Source of the DNA: Chrysomallon squamiferum
Lineage: Eukaryota > Animalia > Mollusca
Direction of reading: 5' to 3'
Length of the DNA: 64,000 bases
Assembly: GCA_012295275.1 (NCBI GenBank)
Contig: CM022668.1
Location: 6,014,001-6,078,000 of the forward strand
The notes beneath the pieces were generated by a model. That model ran no database searches, was not told the origin of the DNA, and saw only the letters and a program-made list of their open reading frames with translations. Numbering within the stretch: position 1 is the stretch's first letter; every line of letters starts with the position of its first letter. The translations under genes and the position numbers were made by a program. This document shows, in pieces, positions 12,793 to 31,631 of this stretch.

Positions 12793-15700
12793 CTAAAATG
12801 GAAAGGAAAAGTCCAAAATTAAATGTAACACACAAACAGATATATATATAAATAAACACATGCACACATACATACATACATACATACATATATACATACA
12901 TACATACATACATACATACATACATACATACATACATACATACATACATACATACATACATACACACACATATACACATACATTCTTAGATCTAAACATA
13001 CAGGAACATAGTCATTCCACTGAGACAGATATGAAAATAAAAATGTCCTTTCGTAAATAAATACCGCACATACAGACTCACAAACAGGGTAGTAGCTGCT
13101 TAGACATACACAGACAAACAGACAGTCATACAGTTGAACAAACGAGAATATCTCAATAGCGTTAACGTTGCACTGCCTGTGAGACTCACTTTAATTCAGT
13201 TTACGTCTGATACACTAAGCAGTTCACTCTTTATTTTTATTCATCATCATTATTTGCTTCTACAACTACCATTACTACTACCACTACTACAAATCCATAA
13301 TCATTATCATTATCATCATCATAATCATCGTCATGATCATCGTCATCATCATCATAATCATCATAATTATCATTTTATTATTACTACTACTACCATTACT
13401 ATTACTACTATATAACACACACACGCACACACACACACACACATACATATATATAATACATAATACATATATATAACTATACATACATATATAGATATGT
13501 ATAAGTATAACTAAAGAGAGGCGTACAGATACGTGTCAGATTATAGAAAACGAAGCCAAACTGTTCTGAATTGAAATAAAATGATTTATAGAATAAGGCG
13601 TGAGTAATGCGTCTCGGGGATTCTGGTAGAGGAGTGTTATTTAATAGACGTGGTGACTTTTCAGTTTCAGATCTATAAGTAAGAAAGTAAGTGAGGAATT
13701 AAATACATAAATAAATAAAAAGAGGATATATAAATATATTATTATATGAACTAATAAAATAAAATATATATTCTACTTACATTTTTGAATGCTTTTTCGT
13801 TCCTTCAAGTTTATCTTATTATTTTTTTGTTTTCTTTTCTGTTTTCTCCCTTTCCCTTGTGATTATTATTAGGATTATAATACTGTACGGTGAACAAAGA
13901 AGAGATGACAAGACAAAAAATAATAAATAAACAGTTTTGAACTTAACAGATAACTTGCAAACAGCAGTGTGGTTATCAACAGATTAAATTAATGGCCTCG
14001 TATTGAATACTAACAATGTAACTTCCGTCATAGATAAAAATAACAACAGTTTTCCGAGGAATACTAAACTTCCAGGAATACATTAGTTCATATTAAATTT
14101 CTGTCCTTGCTTTTGTTAAAACTTTACATTCTCTTTATTTGTTTTATTATTTTTATTTTATTTATCACTTTTGTAATTTTCTTATATTTCTAAATGAGTG
14201 TAGCTATTTAACTATCTGTCTGTTTTATAGCTATGTGTATGTGTGTGGGTGTGGGCTTGTTCGTGTGTTTCTGTATGTTTCTCTCTCCGTATCTGTATTT
14301 AGGTATAATGTGTGTGTACGTATATGCAAACGGGCATATATAGATTCATACACAAATATATGTACATCTCCACTTACGTAACACACACACACACACACAT
14401 ACACACATACATACAAATATCGTAACGTGATACGCTTTGGGGGTGCGGTCGAATGATTGCCGTACGTTCGAGTCTCGTCAGCGGCATCTGACGGGGTTGA
14501 TGAAGTCGTGACTGAACTTTGTCTGTCTGTGTCAGTGCGTTCCTGAATATTGACTAAGTGTCCAGTGTAATGAGACGTACACAACTCAGAGAATATTCAA
14601 ACTAAACTACAAACCTGCCAGTGCCAGGTTTCACGCTAAAATGACGAAAGACAAAGGACAGCGTGCTTCGAGGGAAGCGATGATTAACCTCGGTTACTGA
14701 GAGATTTCCGCAGCAAAAAAGATATTTAAGAATTATTTTTCCAATCCGAAGCACGCAATAGTATAAAAAACAAAACAACAAAAAGCCAAAAAAAAAAAAA
14801 AAAAAAAACACACGAAAGAATGTCATTAATAAACTTCTTTAGCATTCGATATACGTTAATTTCCCCCCTTTTGACCCATTTTGAATCACGTGACGTTTCG
14901 ATAACTACGGAGCCATGTTTAACAAGTCGGCCGGTTATTCATAAAATTCAGTAAATTGAAACCAGAAACTGCTAATTACGTTATCTGTGAGAAACGAAAA
15001 CTCTACATTTAGAACATGTTATGGCAGTAACGAGATGATTGATTGGTCGAGTTAAGAATATTTTCTTAACCTTACGTCTAGTTATTGCGTATTCGGCTTC
15101 GTTTGGAACAGATAATATAGCAATTTTTATTTATCTTATTTTTCTATCTTCTTTTTTTCCCTTAGAATGTTCTTGTTTCTTTACTTATGTGTTTGTTTAT
15201 TTATTCGTTCATTCATTTATTCGTTGATTCGTTCAGTTATTTACTTATTTACTTATTTATTTACTTATGCCGACTGTACACTATTAATATTATCATTGTT
15301 TTTGTTGTTGTTTATGTTGTTTATTTCATTGACTGATTGTCTATTCGTCTCATTCTTCTTTCAAAAAATGTATGTCGACTCACTAAAATCATATATTATT
15401 TAATTAATAAAGTTACAAAAAAGTTGTATGAATAAATGTACGTTAATCTGAATATCTTAGTATCTGACGTTTTAAAATAATATTATTGATACAGAAAACG
15501 CGATACTGCACGGGATACACTTTTCTATTAGCATGAAGAGACATTTTCTTGGCACCTTCCCAAACAGTGCGTCCTTGATAAACCAATCGCAGGGTATTCA
15601 TTGAAACATATATAACAATTTAAGCAAGGCCAAGAAGTGGGTTATCTCCCCTTTTACAAGGCGACACCTCTAACCCCTGAGCCACAAATAAAACTACAGA

Positions 15701-16355
15701 ATGACACAGCACAGTGATCGAGTTAGGCTGCCACTCGAATATGTCATTGTAAATCTAGAGCGCTATTGAGACGTTTATTTTCATCTGATTAAGAAAACAA
15801 GCAAAACCTGTGCATGATCCGCAGTGTCGAGTCTGTTCTGTGTGTCTCGTGAAAATAATTATTTTTCATGAATGGGATTATTAGTACAGATTTTCAATTT
15901 TAATTTATTTATTTAATTATCTATTTATTTCTTCGTTCATTCATACATTCATGCATTCCTTCGTTTTATTTATTTATTTTCTTTCCTAATTTATATGTAT
16001 TTACTTCGTTTAATTTCTATCATCATTATCATCATCGCTGTGATTTTAAAATGTTTCTTTACTAGCTATTTTCTGTTGTAGAAACAAAGCTCTGTGTACC
16101 TTAGTTATTCTAGTACAACACAGTCATTTCAAACTCAGTACAAGAGACAATATTATGCAACAGGCTATTGTATACACCAGACTATTGTATACAACAAACT
16201 ACTGTAAACGAGAAGCTAAAGATCTTTGTTATTTCAATTTTATGTTTTTTTTAATTTCACAGTGAGACGCGGAAACTTGAAGTAAAGAAAAATAAAGTAT
16301 TGAAATCATAAATTCTGCAGTGTCATAGTTAAGGTTTTGTAATAATGTTCGAAGT
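12196..16355 (-). repeat. Inverted segmental duplicate of the innexin module (≈52130-56735)
   Basis: Long collinear matches in reverse complement, e.g. 15520-15860 vs 52790-53150, 14420-14640 vs 53750-53960, 13680-14250 vs 54200-54830. Confidence 0.9.
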
Positions 16356-16538
16356 GTACATTAGTTTAAGACACAAATGGACGTAGGTAAGGAGGCAGTT
16401 AAGTATGAGGGTATGTATTTACTTGTGTATGTATATATGTATGTGTGTACGTATGTATTCTTGTGTGTTTTATATATATATGCATTTCTGTATACATATT
16501 TGTATGTATGTATGTATGTATGTATGTATCTATGTATG

Positions 16539-16590
<52 letters not shown>

Positions 16591-17277
16591 TCTATGTATG
16601 TATATTTGTATTCATTTACATATATTTCATTTACATACACACGTAAAAACAGTTGTAAACCGAGACACACTCTTACACACATTCGTACAAAAATAGTTAC
16701 ACGGATACAGAAATGCATATACATACAGACACACAAACACATTTCCTCTAACGTTTATTCTGTTTGAAAATAAAAAATAAAATAGAATAAAATGGCGGAA
16801 TTAAAATGTTTTAAAAGAGTATATGTTTCTGTCCTGCTTAGTTGTGTGGGTTGAAAGATAAACCAAACTAGTCACATAATAAAATAAAAGTACAGTTTAA
16901 GAAATTGTATTAAACCAAATGTACGTGAAACTGATGGAGAGATGATGTATAATACTGATTTTTCAACAAAAAATATAAACTAAAAAGACTACAGAAAAAA
17001 GAAATAACAATATGCTACAATAGATGTTATTACTACTATTACTACTGTTACTACTACTACTACCACTACTACTACTACTACTACTATTTTAAATCTGTTT
17101 TATTGTCATTTTTACTTGGAGACTTTTTTTGCCTGAGTTCATTACATTATGGATATTTTTCAATTAATTTCCATTTCTGTGGACAGTTATATATAATTAT
17201 TATTATTACATCAGTTACAGAAAATATAAGTTTACACATTTATTAAATCTTTATTTTATTCAAGACAAGGCGATTCT

Positions 17278-17380
<103 letters not shown>

Positions 17381-18264
17381 TATTATTATTATTATTATTA
17401 TTATTGTAATCTTTAGAATAACAGGAAAAAGACAACAAGAAACCCAACAATAACAAAAACTAAAAAGCATTCAAAACAGGGAAAAATTATATTAGGTTAT
17501 TCTCAATTTACTTAAATAAATAAAATAAATTAAAAATAAAAATAAAAATAAAATAAAATAAAATAAAATAAATACTACTACTACTACTACTACTAATATT
17601 ACTAATATTACAAAAACTAATATTTTAGATTCTAGCTTTCAGTTTACAAAATCCGATGTCATTTTAAAATGTCTGTTTATTTGCTCTTTTCAGATGTAAA
17701 AACAAAACTGTTTCTAACTTAGTTATTCTTCTACAACAGTAATTTCAAACTCAGTACAAGAGACTATGTATATGATAGACTATTGAACACCCGAGATTAG
17801 AGACCTTTGTTATTGTTTTAGACAGTAACTAGTTACCGCCCTGCACACAAATATAAAACCTCTATTCCTCTATAAAGGAAAATCTAAAATGACTGCCATA
17901 TAATATAAACAGACAGACAGACAAACAGATCGACATATATGTAAATATATCGATACACACAAATGCTGCACATCAATATATAATATTAAACAAGACACTT
18001 AGCGATCGTTATGTTAATTTGCTGCGTCTGTTTGAATCTTTAATTCTTCACCAATCGAAACAGACAAAATAGCCAATAACCAACAAGATGAACAAACGCC
18101 TATTTCAGAAGTTTTATAACAAGCCAGTGAACTACGAATAATTAGTCTGAACTCAGAAATCAACAGTGCAACGCAGGTAACGGAAGGAACGTAATACTCG
18201 AACTACAAGCAAGAAAACTGGATTTATTTTATTTCTTATTTTAAGATTCTTTCAAAGACAAAAA

Positions 18265-21133
<2,869 letters not shown>

Positions 21134-21707
21134 GATCGGTTTCGTCTAGAAAATAAACCAGTTTATTGTTGAAGATAGAGGCAATTACGTATTGAAGTTA
21201 AGATCAGATTAGCTTTGAAGATAAATTTCATATTCTTCGTTTAAGTCTTCTACAGGCCTTAATATCTCTGGACGGAATGAAGACGTTTATTTCATTTCTT
21301 TAAAATTCTGTATGTAAGTTTCTGATTGTTTATTTATTATTATTTTTTTTACACCTGTGTCCATTTGTTTCGTTTTTGCTTAGAGGGACTAATTTTTATT
21401 GAGCTACTGTTTTTCCACATTTTAAATAAAAATATATAATTTCATATAATTATTGTTGTGAATTTTTTATAAGTTGATGTTTAGTTTAATAACAATAATG
21501 CTTGGGGACATAACATTTTGCACACAAACACACAGACAGACATTGACAGAGAGAGAGAAAGAGACACTGACACTGAGAAAGGTGAGAAAGAATGAGAGGA
21601 ATAAAGATGGAAAGAAAGGAAGGAAAGATCGGTCTTCCTTCATTCATTCGTTAATGGGTTCGTTCATCATACATACATAGCTACATACATACATATATAT
21701 AATATAG

Positions 21708-22010
<303 letters not shown>

Positions 22011-22449
22011 CGAGAGAGACCATTTCGAAACATTTCATCAAGCTTCGTTCTGATCATCTAATGGAATATTCCATGTCAGAACAGTTCAGTAAACTTTGTT
22101 CCGATGGTACATTTGAAATCGTCGGAACAGTTCATCAAGCTTTATTCTAACGGAATATTTCATAAATCTAATGGAATATTTCATGTCAGAACATTTGACC
22201 AGAGTATCGTACAATAGATTATTATTAGTGGTTGTAGGAGTGGTCGTAGTATTATTGTTTCAAACAGAGCAGTACTAATAACAACTCTAATTAATATAGC
22301 AGCAATAGTAACTGAACAGCAGCAGTGATGTTAGTAGTAATGGAACAGCAGCAGTGATAGTATTAGTAATGGAACAGCAGCAGTGGTAGTAGTAGTAATG
22401 GAACAGTATTTCTGGTAACAGTCTTAGTAACAGTGACTGCTATTGTAGA

Positions 22450-23725
22450 GTAGTAAAATGATAGTTACAGCAGTAGAAATGTTTACGTGTTATAGTAATA
22501 CTTCCAGTAGTAAAATAATAGTTATAGCAGTAGGAATCTTTATATCTTATAGAAATATTTCAAGTAGTAAAATAATAGTTATAGCTGTAGGAATGTTTAT
22601 GTCTTATAGTAACACTTCCAGTAGTAAAATAATAGTTATAGCAGTGTCAATGTTTATGTCTTATAGTAACACTTCCAGTAGTAAAATAATAGTATAGCAG
22701 TAGGAATGTTTATGTCTGATAGAAATATTTCAAGTAGTAAAATAATAGTTATAGCAGTAGAAATGTTTATATCTTATAGTAATATTTCAAGTAGTATAAT
22801 AATAGTTATAGCAGTAGGAATGTTTATGTCTTATAGTAATATTTCAAGTAGTAAAATAATAGTTATAGCAGTAGGAATGTTTATGTCTTATAGTAATACT
22901 TCCAGTAGTAAAAATAATAGTTATAGCAAAATAATAGTTATAGCAGTAGGAATATTTATATCTTATAGTAATACTTCCAGTATTAAAATAATAGTTATAG
23001 CAGTAGGAATGTTTATGTCTTATAGTAATACTTCCAGTAGTAAAATAATAGTTATAGCAGTAGGAATCTTTATATCTTATAGTAATATTTCAAGTAGTAA
23101 AATAATAGTTATAGCAGTAGGAATGTTTATGTGTTATAGAAATATTTCGTGTAGTAAAATAATAGTTATAGCAGTAGTAATGTTTATGTCTTATAGTAAT
23201 ACTTCCAGTAGTAAAATAATAGTTATAGCAGTAGGAATGTTTATGTCTTATAGTGATACTTCCAGTAGTAAAATAATAGTTATAGCAGTAGGAATGTTTA
23301 TATCTTATAGTAATATTTCAAGTAGTAAAATAATAGTTATAGCAGTAGGAATGTTTATGTCTTATAGTAATACTTCCAGTAGTAAAATAATAGTTATAGC
23401 AGTAGGAATGTTTATATCTTATAGTAATACTTCCAGTATTAAAATAATAGTTATAGCAGTAGGAATGTTTATGTCTTATAGTAATACTTCAAGTAGTAAA
23501 ATAATAGTTATAGCAGTAGGAATGTTTATATCTTATAGTAATACTTCCAGTATTAAAATAATAGTTATAACAGTAGGAATGTTTATGTCTTATAGTAATA
23601 CTTCCAGTAGTAAAATAATAGTTATAGCAGTAGCAATGTTTAGCTATTATAGTAATACTTCCAGTAGTAAAATAATAGTTATAGCAGTAGGAATGCTTAT
23701 GTCTTGGAATAATACTTCCAGTAAT
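22450..23725 (+). repeat. 57-bp minisatellite array (~22 units)
   Basis: Same 57-bp unit; produces the spurious 19-aa-period ORF 22706..23752. Confidence 0.95.
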
Positions 23726-23807
23726 GAGGTCAAATATTACTACCAGAAATAGCAGTAGTAGGAGAAAAACCCCAGTAATAATGATTAGGATGATTAATAA
23801 TAATAAC

Positions 23808-23879
<72 letters not shown>

Positions 23880-25615
23880 GTCAATATTAATAGTAGTAGA
23901 CTGTTGGTATAGAAGAAGTAGTAATAACAGTAACAAGAACAACAAGTTTGTATTTTATATTCTGTAATCAGTGATCTGTCTTTTTCATTTACATTTATTC
24001 TGAATTCGCTGGTGCATGTAAAACAGATATATTATTAAATGCTCGAACAAAACGAATTTCTGCTTACCAAACACAGTGTTTCTACTTCAAAAGAGGGAGA
24101 CAAGAAATCACTTTAATATTTTATTATTGTCGTTAGAGGTTGATCTATATTGATCTATTTTCAAATAATAATAATTATTATTATTTCTGATTTTTCAATG
24201 TATAGCATAATGATATTAAAATGTGGAACAGATTTTCAGAGGTTTTAAATTTGTTTTTTCCAGGAATGAACTGTAATAAAAAAAAAAAAAAAAAAAAAAA
24301 GTAAAATGATTAGAGAAAAAAAAGAACAATATGGTACAATAGATTCACTGCTCCATTGATCTGAATACATCTACAGAAACAAAAACATTCAAGTGGCTTC
24401 GATATGACAAAAGTCTGACTGCTGCTTGATGTTATATTTATACTAACAAAGCAATAAATATTTAATTACGATATAAGTTACAGTGATCATTGTTTCACTG
24501 CAGTGATCATAATCTGTGTACAACGTATTGTCTACAATTCTAAACAAGATCTATTCAATATTTAATTACGTGTGCATGACTGACGACTGCTACTGCTGTG
24601 TTTGTTCTGTCATAAAATGATTCCATTTCACTGACTGACTTCTATATTAATTGAATTTATTCATCCATCCATTCATTCGTTAGTCTTTGATCAGTGTATT
24701 TGTTTTCTATCTATCGATATTTACTTACGTATACATTTTCTGTTTACCTAGATACTTATATATTTAGCGACACATCTATCTAACTTTCTATTAATCTATA
24801 GATCCATCCATCCATCCATGCATCTATCCATGTTCTTTTGTATCTCTCTATTTATATGTATATCTCTATCCATCTATCTATCAGCTTACTTATATTCCTA
24901 ACTATACTGCCAGTCTGTCAATTTCCCATCTCTCTCTTTGTATACATACACATATTCGTATAGATATTTATATAGATACTTACATATATACATAAAATAA
25001 TTTATCGAAACACATTTAGTTAATTTAATTACTGTTTTTGAAAAAGAAATTAAAAAAACTAGTATTTCAGGCAAAAAGAAATAACTGGTTACTGCTTCAA
25101 GATATCACCTTTGTTTTGGTCCAGATAAATATAGCTAACGCAGCTTGGTAAAGCCTCGCTGCATTTGGTATTCCAACCTTCGCAGTTATCGTCGTGTCCA
25201 TACATATATGTAGCATATATTCCGCTATAAATGAAAATCTAAAATGACTGTCAGATAAATAAACAGACAGATCGATATATATATATAAATATATAGATGT
25301 ATCCAGATACAGTAAATAAATTCACATCAGTAAATAAAACAATTAGTGATCGTTAAGTCAGTTCATTGCGTCTGTGTGAATGTTTAATTCTTCACCAATC
25401 AAAACAGATAAATAAGCAATCAGATAAACAGACGCCTCTCCATATCGATACGTCTATTTCTGAAGAATTATAACAAACCAGAGAACTACGGACAATTAGC
25501 CTGAACTCAGAAATCAACGGGTTAACGGAGACAACTTAAAGAACATAATATTCGGATCATAAGAAAGAAAAACTGGATTTTATTTCTTATTTTTACATTA
25601 TTACAAAGATTAAAA

Positions 25616-26919
25616 ATGAAATTTTCTGGAATTTATATCTTATTCGTTAATCACGTCACAGGTGTGATATATAGAGACATGGAATTTCGAAATCACGTCA
25701 TGACCACGACGTCTCAGTCGTCGTTGTATGATTGTTCTGCTGCCTGTGTAGCTGATGTGTGTTGTAGATCCTTTAACTTCTTCACGTCTACCCTGGAGTG
25801 TCAACTCAACTACAAAACAAAGGAAGAAAGTTCACAAGATTTTGTCACAAAGAAAGGATCAATTTACGAAGACAAAGATTCTATAGCCAAGGTAAGATAT
25901 TTTAATTTCTTGTTTATTTTATTACAACAACAATTAGTACTATTACTGCTTCTAATAGTACTTCTACTACAATTACTACTGCTAATGTAACGATTGGTAT
26001 TGTTACTACTACTTCTGTTACGAATAGTATTATCGCGACTACTTTTACTACTACTACTTCTACAACTACTTTTGAGACTACTATTATGACTATCTCTACT
26101 TCTATTACACCTACCACAGTTCAATCACAACTACTACTATTACTATTCTTTTATTATTATTATTATTACGATTACTGCTACTACTGTTATTGTTACTACT
26201 AGTAACACTACTACAACTTATACTGTATTGTTACTATAGATGTACCAATGTCTATTATTTTACTACTGTTAATATGGCTGATATTGTCAATATTACTGGT
26301 AGTAGTGGATTATTCATTTATTTATTTATTTTAATTTTAATTTTAATTTTTTATTTTTTTTTTTTATTTATATTTTTTTTTTGCTATTTGCAGACTGTAT
26401 CTGGAATTTGTGGTACTGACGTCTGTCTGTCGTATCAAAAATGTCAAGTCACGCGAATGAATGATGCGAAATGTGTATCACGTGACAGTGACGTAAAACC
26501 ATCAGCTACACAACCCTCCACTGGTAAATGTAATTTAGACAAAGCACTGATAGATACATTTGTTTTGTTCGCTTTCTGGATGAACGAATAACTTAGTCTA
26601 CTGAAAGTGTTCATACATAGAAACCTGTATATGTATATTTGAAAGTAATTAACAAAAGCATAAAAGAATAGTATCAAAGTTTATAATTAAATAATGGTAT
26701 AGCTTTTCCTCTAAAATAACAGTTTTTAATAATGGTTCATATTAAATCAGAAAATGTAGAAATTACATATTCTTCATAGATCATGGTCCTAATGTGACAC
26801 GAAATTGTTATGACGTCATGATGACATATCCATGCTCTGGACCTGCTGTACTGACGTCATCTGAGGTTAACAACGTGATAGTGTTTTGTGATATGTCAAC
26901 TCTTTACGGTGGTTGGTTG
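25616..26919 (+). pseudogene. PAN-FReD copy D, exons 1-3 only (open frame, 3'-truncated)
   Basis: join(25616..25891,26394..26523,26780..26919), intact splice sites, no stops. Intron 3 passes through an (AT)n tract directly into the 57-bp satellite at ~27235; exons 4-6 are absent and there is no gap. Confidence 0.85.
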
Positions 26920-27140
26920 GTAAGTAGGGACCAGTCATTTTAGAGGTTATTTTATTTTTATAAATTTATTATTTCTTCATTCGATCATTCATCCATTCAT
27001 TGATTCATTAATTTATTTATTTATTCATTCACTTCTTTATTTATTCATATCTTTATTTGTTATTGTAGTTTTATTTCTTTCCATTAGAAAAATGAAATAA
27101 ACATATGTACACGAATACAAACATACATACATACAAATAT

Positions 27141-27205
<65 letters not shown>

Positions 27206-27458
27206 AACACATATAAACATATAAATATATATCTAGTGGTAAAATAATAGTTATAGCAGTAGGATTGTTTTTGTCTTATAGTAATACTTCCAGTAGTAAA
27301 ATAATAGTTATAGCAGTAGGAATGGTTATGTCTTATAGTAATACTTCAAGTAATCATGTGAAATATTACAACAAGAAACAGCATTAGTAGCTGTAATAAC
27401 AGTAATCATGACGATGATGATAATAATAATGATGATGAGAATGATGACGATAACCATG

Positions 27459-27489
<31 letters not shown>

Positions 27490-27542
27490 ACAATACAATA
27501 ACTACTACTGCTACTACTACTAGTAATAATAATAACAACAAC

Positions 27543-27619
<77 letters not shown>

Positions 27620-27926
27620 CGGCTACATTAAAATAAGTTGTAGTGGTGGTATAGGTGAGGCAGTATAAACAATAACAATAACTTTAACAAGAACAATTTT
27701 GTATTTTATATTCTTTCTTCGATTACACTTATGCTGAATTCGCTGGAGCATGTAGAACAGATATATTATTAAATGCACTTACAAAACGAAATTCTGTTCA
27801 TCCAACACAGTATTTGTATTTGAAAAGAGGAAAACGAGAAATCACTTGAATATTTTATTATTGACGTTAGAGATGGATCTTTCAAAGCCACTGTTCTGGA
27901 TCTGTATTGAAGTATTTCTTCTTCTT

Positions 27927-27957
<31 letters not shown>

Positions 27958-27964
27958 TTTATTA

Positions 27965-28025
<61 letters not shown>

Positions 28026-28569
28026 CTGTTTCATTGTCGCGTTTTTTTACTTCGAAACATTTTTACCATAAGTTCGTTACATTTTGGATAATTTTCGATT
28101 CACTTTCGTTGTTGTATAGTTATATATAATTAATTTAATTACATTGATTACAGAAAATATAAATTTATCCATTTATTAAATGTTTATTTTATTCAGTTTC
28201 ATTCGATTTATATATATATATATATATATTTATGGCTGGATGGTGCGATCTATATGTTGTAGTTGTTGTTGATTGTATTGTTGTTATTCGTGGCAGTGGT
28301 AGTAGTGGTAATAATGTTAGCAGAAACATCACAAATGTACAAAAAATGAAATAGTGTTAATAATGATAGTTGAAATAGTGTTAGTGATAGTAGTAGTAGT
28401 AGTGGCAGGAACTGTACTAGAAGTAGCAATAGCTAGTGTTGTTGTAGCAGCAACAACATCAACTTAAGCCGCAGTTGTAGTTGTAGTGGTCGTAGTGAAA
28501 GTGATGGTAATAATAAAAGTAGTAATAAGCTTGTATCAGAAAATCCTGGAAATCCAGAAATACAGAGCA

Positions 28570-28680
28570 CGTGCGATTTCATGACGTGGAGTTGAAACTG
28601 CATGTCTCGATGTCTCACACCCATCACCCGCGTAACAAAGAAAAAATCAATACAGAATTTTTATTTTATATTTTTAAATC
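28570..28680 (-). pseudogene. Relic of a more diverged PAN exon-1 paralogue
   Basis: Minus strand reads FFFVTRVMGVRHRDMQFQLHVMKSH vs [25 protein letters not shown] in the cluster; truncated before the PAN cysteines. Confidence 0.6.
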
Positions 28681-29304
28681 AAATTTTATGATAATTATCA
28701 AAAGTGAATTTACATTATCGCCTGAAGGAATTTAGACTGTTGTTAATAATTTAGACGTCATTTTCCTTTGAAAGTCACAACCGTTTCATCCAGCTTTTAA
28801 ACACAAAGTGTTACAATTGTACGTCCCACAGAAATGCCTTAAAAATGTATGAGACAGATTGATATGACTCTCTTTTATAGATTTTTCAGTTTGTCAGGAC
28901 AGAGTAAAGTGTGACACACACAAAACAAATTGACATAACGATTCTTCCTTTCTTTGGCGTAACTGGTGTCATAAAACAAAATAGCTACTCTATAATTTAA
29001 GAGTTGAAGATGAAGTGTATGTTCGATTTAGTGGATTGGAAATGATAGATCTGGAATGATATAAATATTATTGGATGAAGTTTTCTGTTTTAAAACTTGG
29101 TCAATTGCTGTCTTGTCTAAAGAGAAAGGAATTATTGTCCTAGATACATTTCTGAAATAGGCTTTTTTACGAAATAAACATAATTATTTATTTTCATCAT
29201 CATTGTTTATATCTAGATCTATATCAGCATCTACATCAGTTTATATATCTGTAGCTGTCTGTCTGTCTGTCAGTTAATTAATTTATCTATCAATAATAAT
29301 AATA

Positions 29305-29353
<49 letters not shown>

Positions 29354-29425
29354 TAATAATAGTTAGTCTTATTGTTGTTGGTGTTGTTATTCTTCTTCTT
29401 ATTGTTGTTGTTATTACACTTATTA

Positions 29426-29472
<47 letters not shown>

Positions 29473-29761
29473 TGTGTTGTTGGAGTTATTAATATTATTT
29501 TTGCTACTCATAGCTATTCATCTTACTTGTTACTAACAGGAAGACATGAATCAATTGATCTTTATTGAAAACAAAGCTATCTACTTTAATTTAAAAAATC
29601 GCGTCTATTGTTTCTCACTTTTTTAAGACTTTAGCAAGTGATACACAATACATGTTAGCTACTTTAGTTAGAAGTAGAAAAAACAGAGAAAAGCTAAAAA
29701 AAATTGCATTATTATTCTGTCTGATATAGTTTCTTTTCTTTGGAAAGGTAAGAGCAACTTT

Positions 29762-30200
<439 letters not shown>

Positions 30201-31129
30201 CTATGCTGTATATCAATACTGTTACAACTGTTTCATATGTTTCTTTTTTTTATAATCTGTTGTTATCACTTGATATCTCTCTGTGTACATTTATTGTTAA
30301 TAAAGCTATTAACATCTTCTTTTTTATAGAACATAAAATGTTTTATCTGAAACTTCGTGTCACAGAACAATTCAAACTTCAGGCTGAAGAGTTTACTAAG
30401 GGGTGTCACTTATGTTTCTATTGATTTTCGTTCATGTAATTTTTTCGTTCCGCCAATTAGATCGATTTCTCATTTAACAATTTTTTATTTCTGCGAGTGA
30501 ATTCTCTCGCTATATTCTTTGGTACTGGGAATTATCTTTCAGGCAAGTTTATTTACTAACTATGCCTTCGTAATAAAAAACTGTAATTTGTTACTCCATT
30601 TAATAATACAAAGATTGGTTAAAACATGCAAAATATTCACAATCTATTTGATGTTTTTTTCAAAATTATTATTATTATTTTTTTTATTATTGTTGTTGTT
30701 GTTGCTGTTGTAGTTGTTGTTGGCTGTGGTAACGTATATTGTTAATGAAATATTTTTACTACCGCAACATCACTGTTGACGACGTCGTCTACATCACCGT
30801 TAACAGCGATGATTATAATCCTCAGCGTCACCGTCATCATTATGGTCACTATCGTGATACTTGTTTGCACTGTTTCGATTATCGTCATCGACTTGATTAT
30901 TATCATTATCAAAACAGCATCATTATTATCACCGGCATCATAATCATCAGCACTATATGACATAACAATTATTATAAAGACATTGAATATTTTCAAGTTG
31001 TTTTATTTTACAGTTTTTAATAATTTGTTTAATTTTTTATTCTTATTTATTTTGCTTTTACTGTAAATGAATTTTCTCCCTCATCCAATCTTAATTTGTA
31101 GAAAGAAAAGAGTACGTCTGAAATTTGGT

Positions 31130-31339
31130 GCCGCCATTTTCCTATGGCGTGACGTCATGACATACGCAGTGATCGATTTCCTCTAAAGTTTCTTCCTTTT
31201 GAAAAAAAAAAAAAAAAATGTAACTATTAGTATTTATCTTAATTATCTGATAGAAGTAGCTCATAAATAAGTAAAAACTTCAGTTCACCACGTACGTAAT
31301 TCCCTCAAGACTCGGGTTACGAAAGAATAAAATGGCTGC
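31130..31339. promoter_or_regulatory. YY1-like/CRE symmetric cassette upstream of copy E (right half degenerate)
   Basis: GCCGCCATTTT (31130) + TGACGTCA (31150) … AAAATGGCTGC (31329). Confidence 0.4.
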
Positions 31340-31557
31340 ATTCAAATGTTTTGTGACAGTATAACGTTCCTTTCCTGCTTAGTTGTGAGTGATGAAAGAT
31401 AAACCACACTAGTCACATAATAACATAAATTGTATAACTGATGGAGAGATGATGAATAATACTGATTTTGCAAAAAAAAAAAAAAAAAAAAAGGTTAAAA
31501 GATTAGAGAAAAAAGAAATAACAATACTGTACAAGAGATTATTGTTATTTCTACTAT

Positions 31558-31631
<74 letters not shown>

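Noticed and set aside
22450-23725. CRISPR-like appearance of the regular repeats
   Set aside because: Units are head-to-tail with no unique spacers, there are no cas genes, and the context is eukaryotic.
22458-23752. 19-aa repeat 'proteins' ([19 protein letters not shown]), also at 1718, 37215 and 50530
   Set aside because: A 57-bp unit is a multiple of 3, so it gives ORFs passively. The arrays contain frameshifts, vary freely in copy number and have no splice context.
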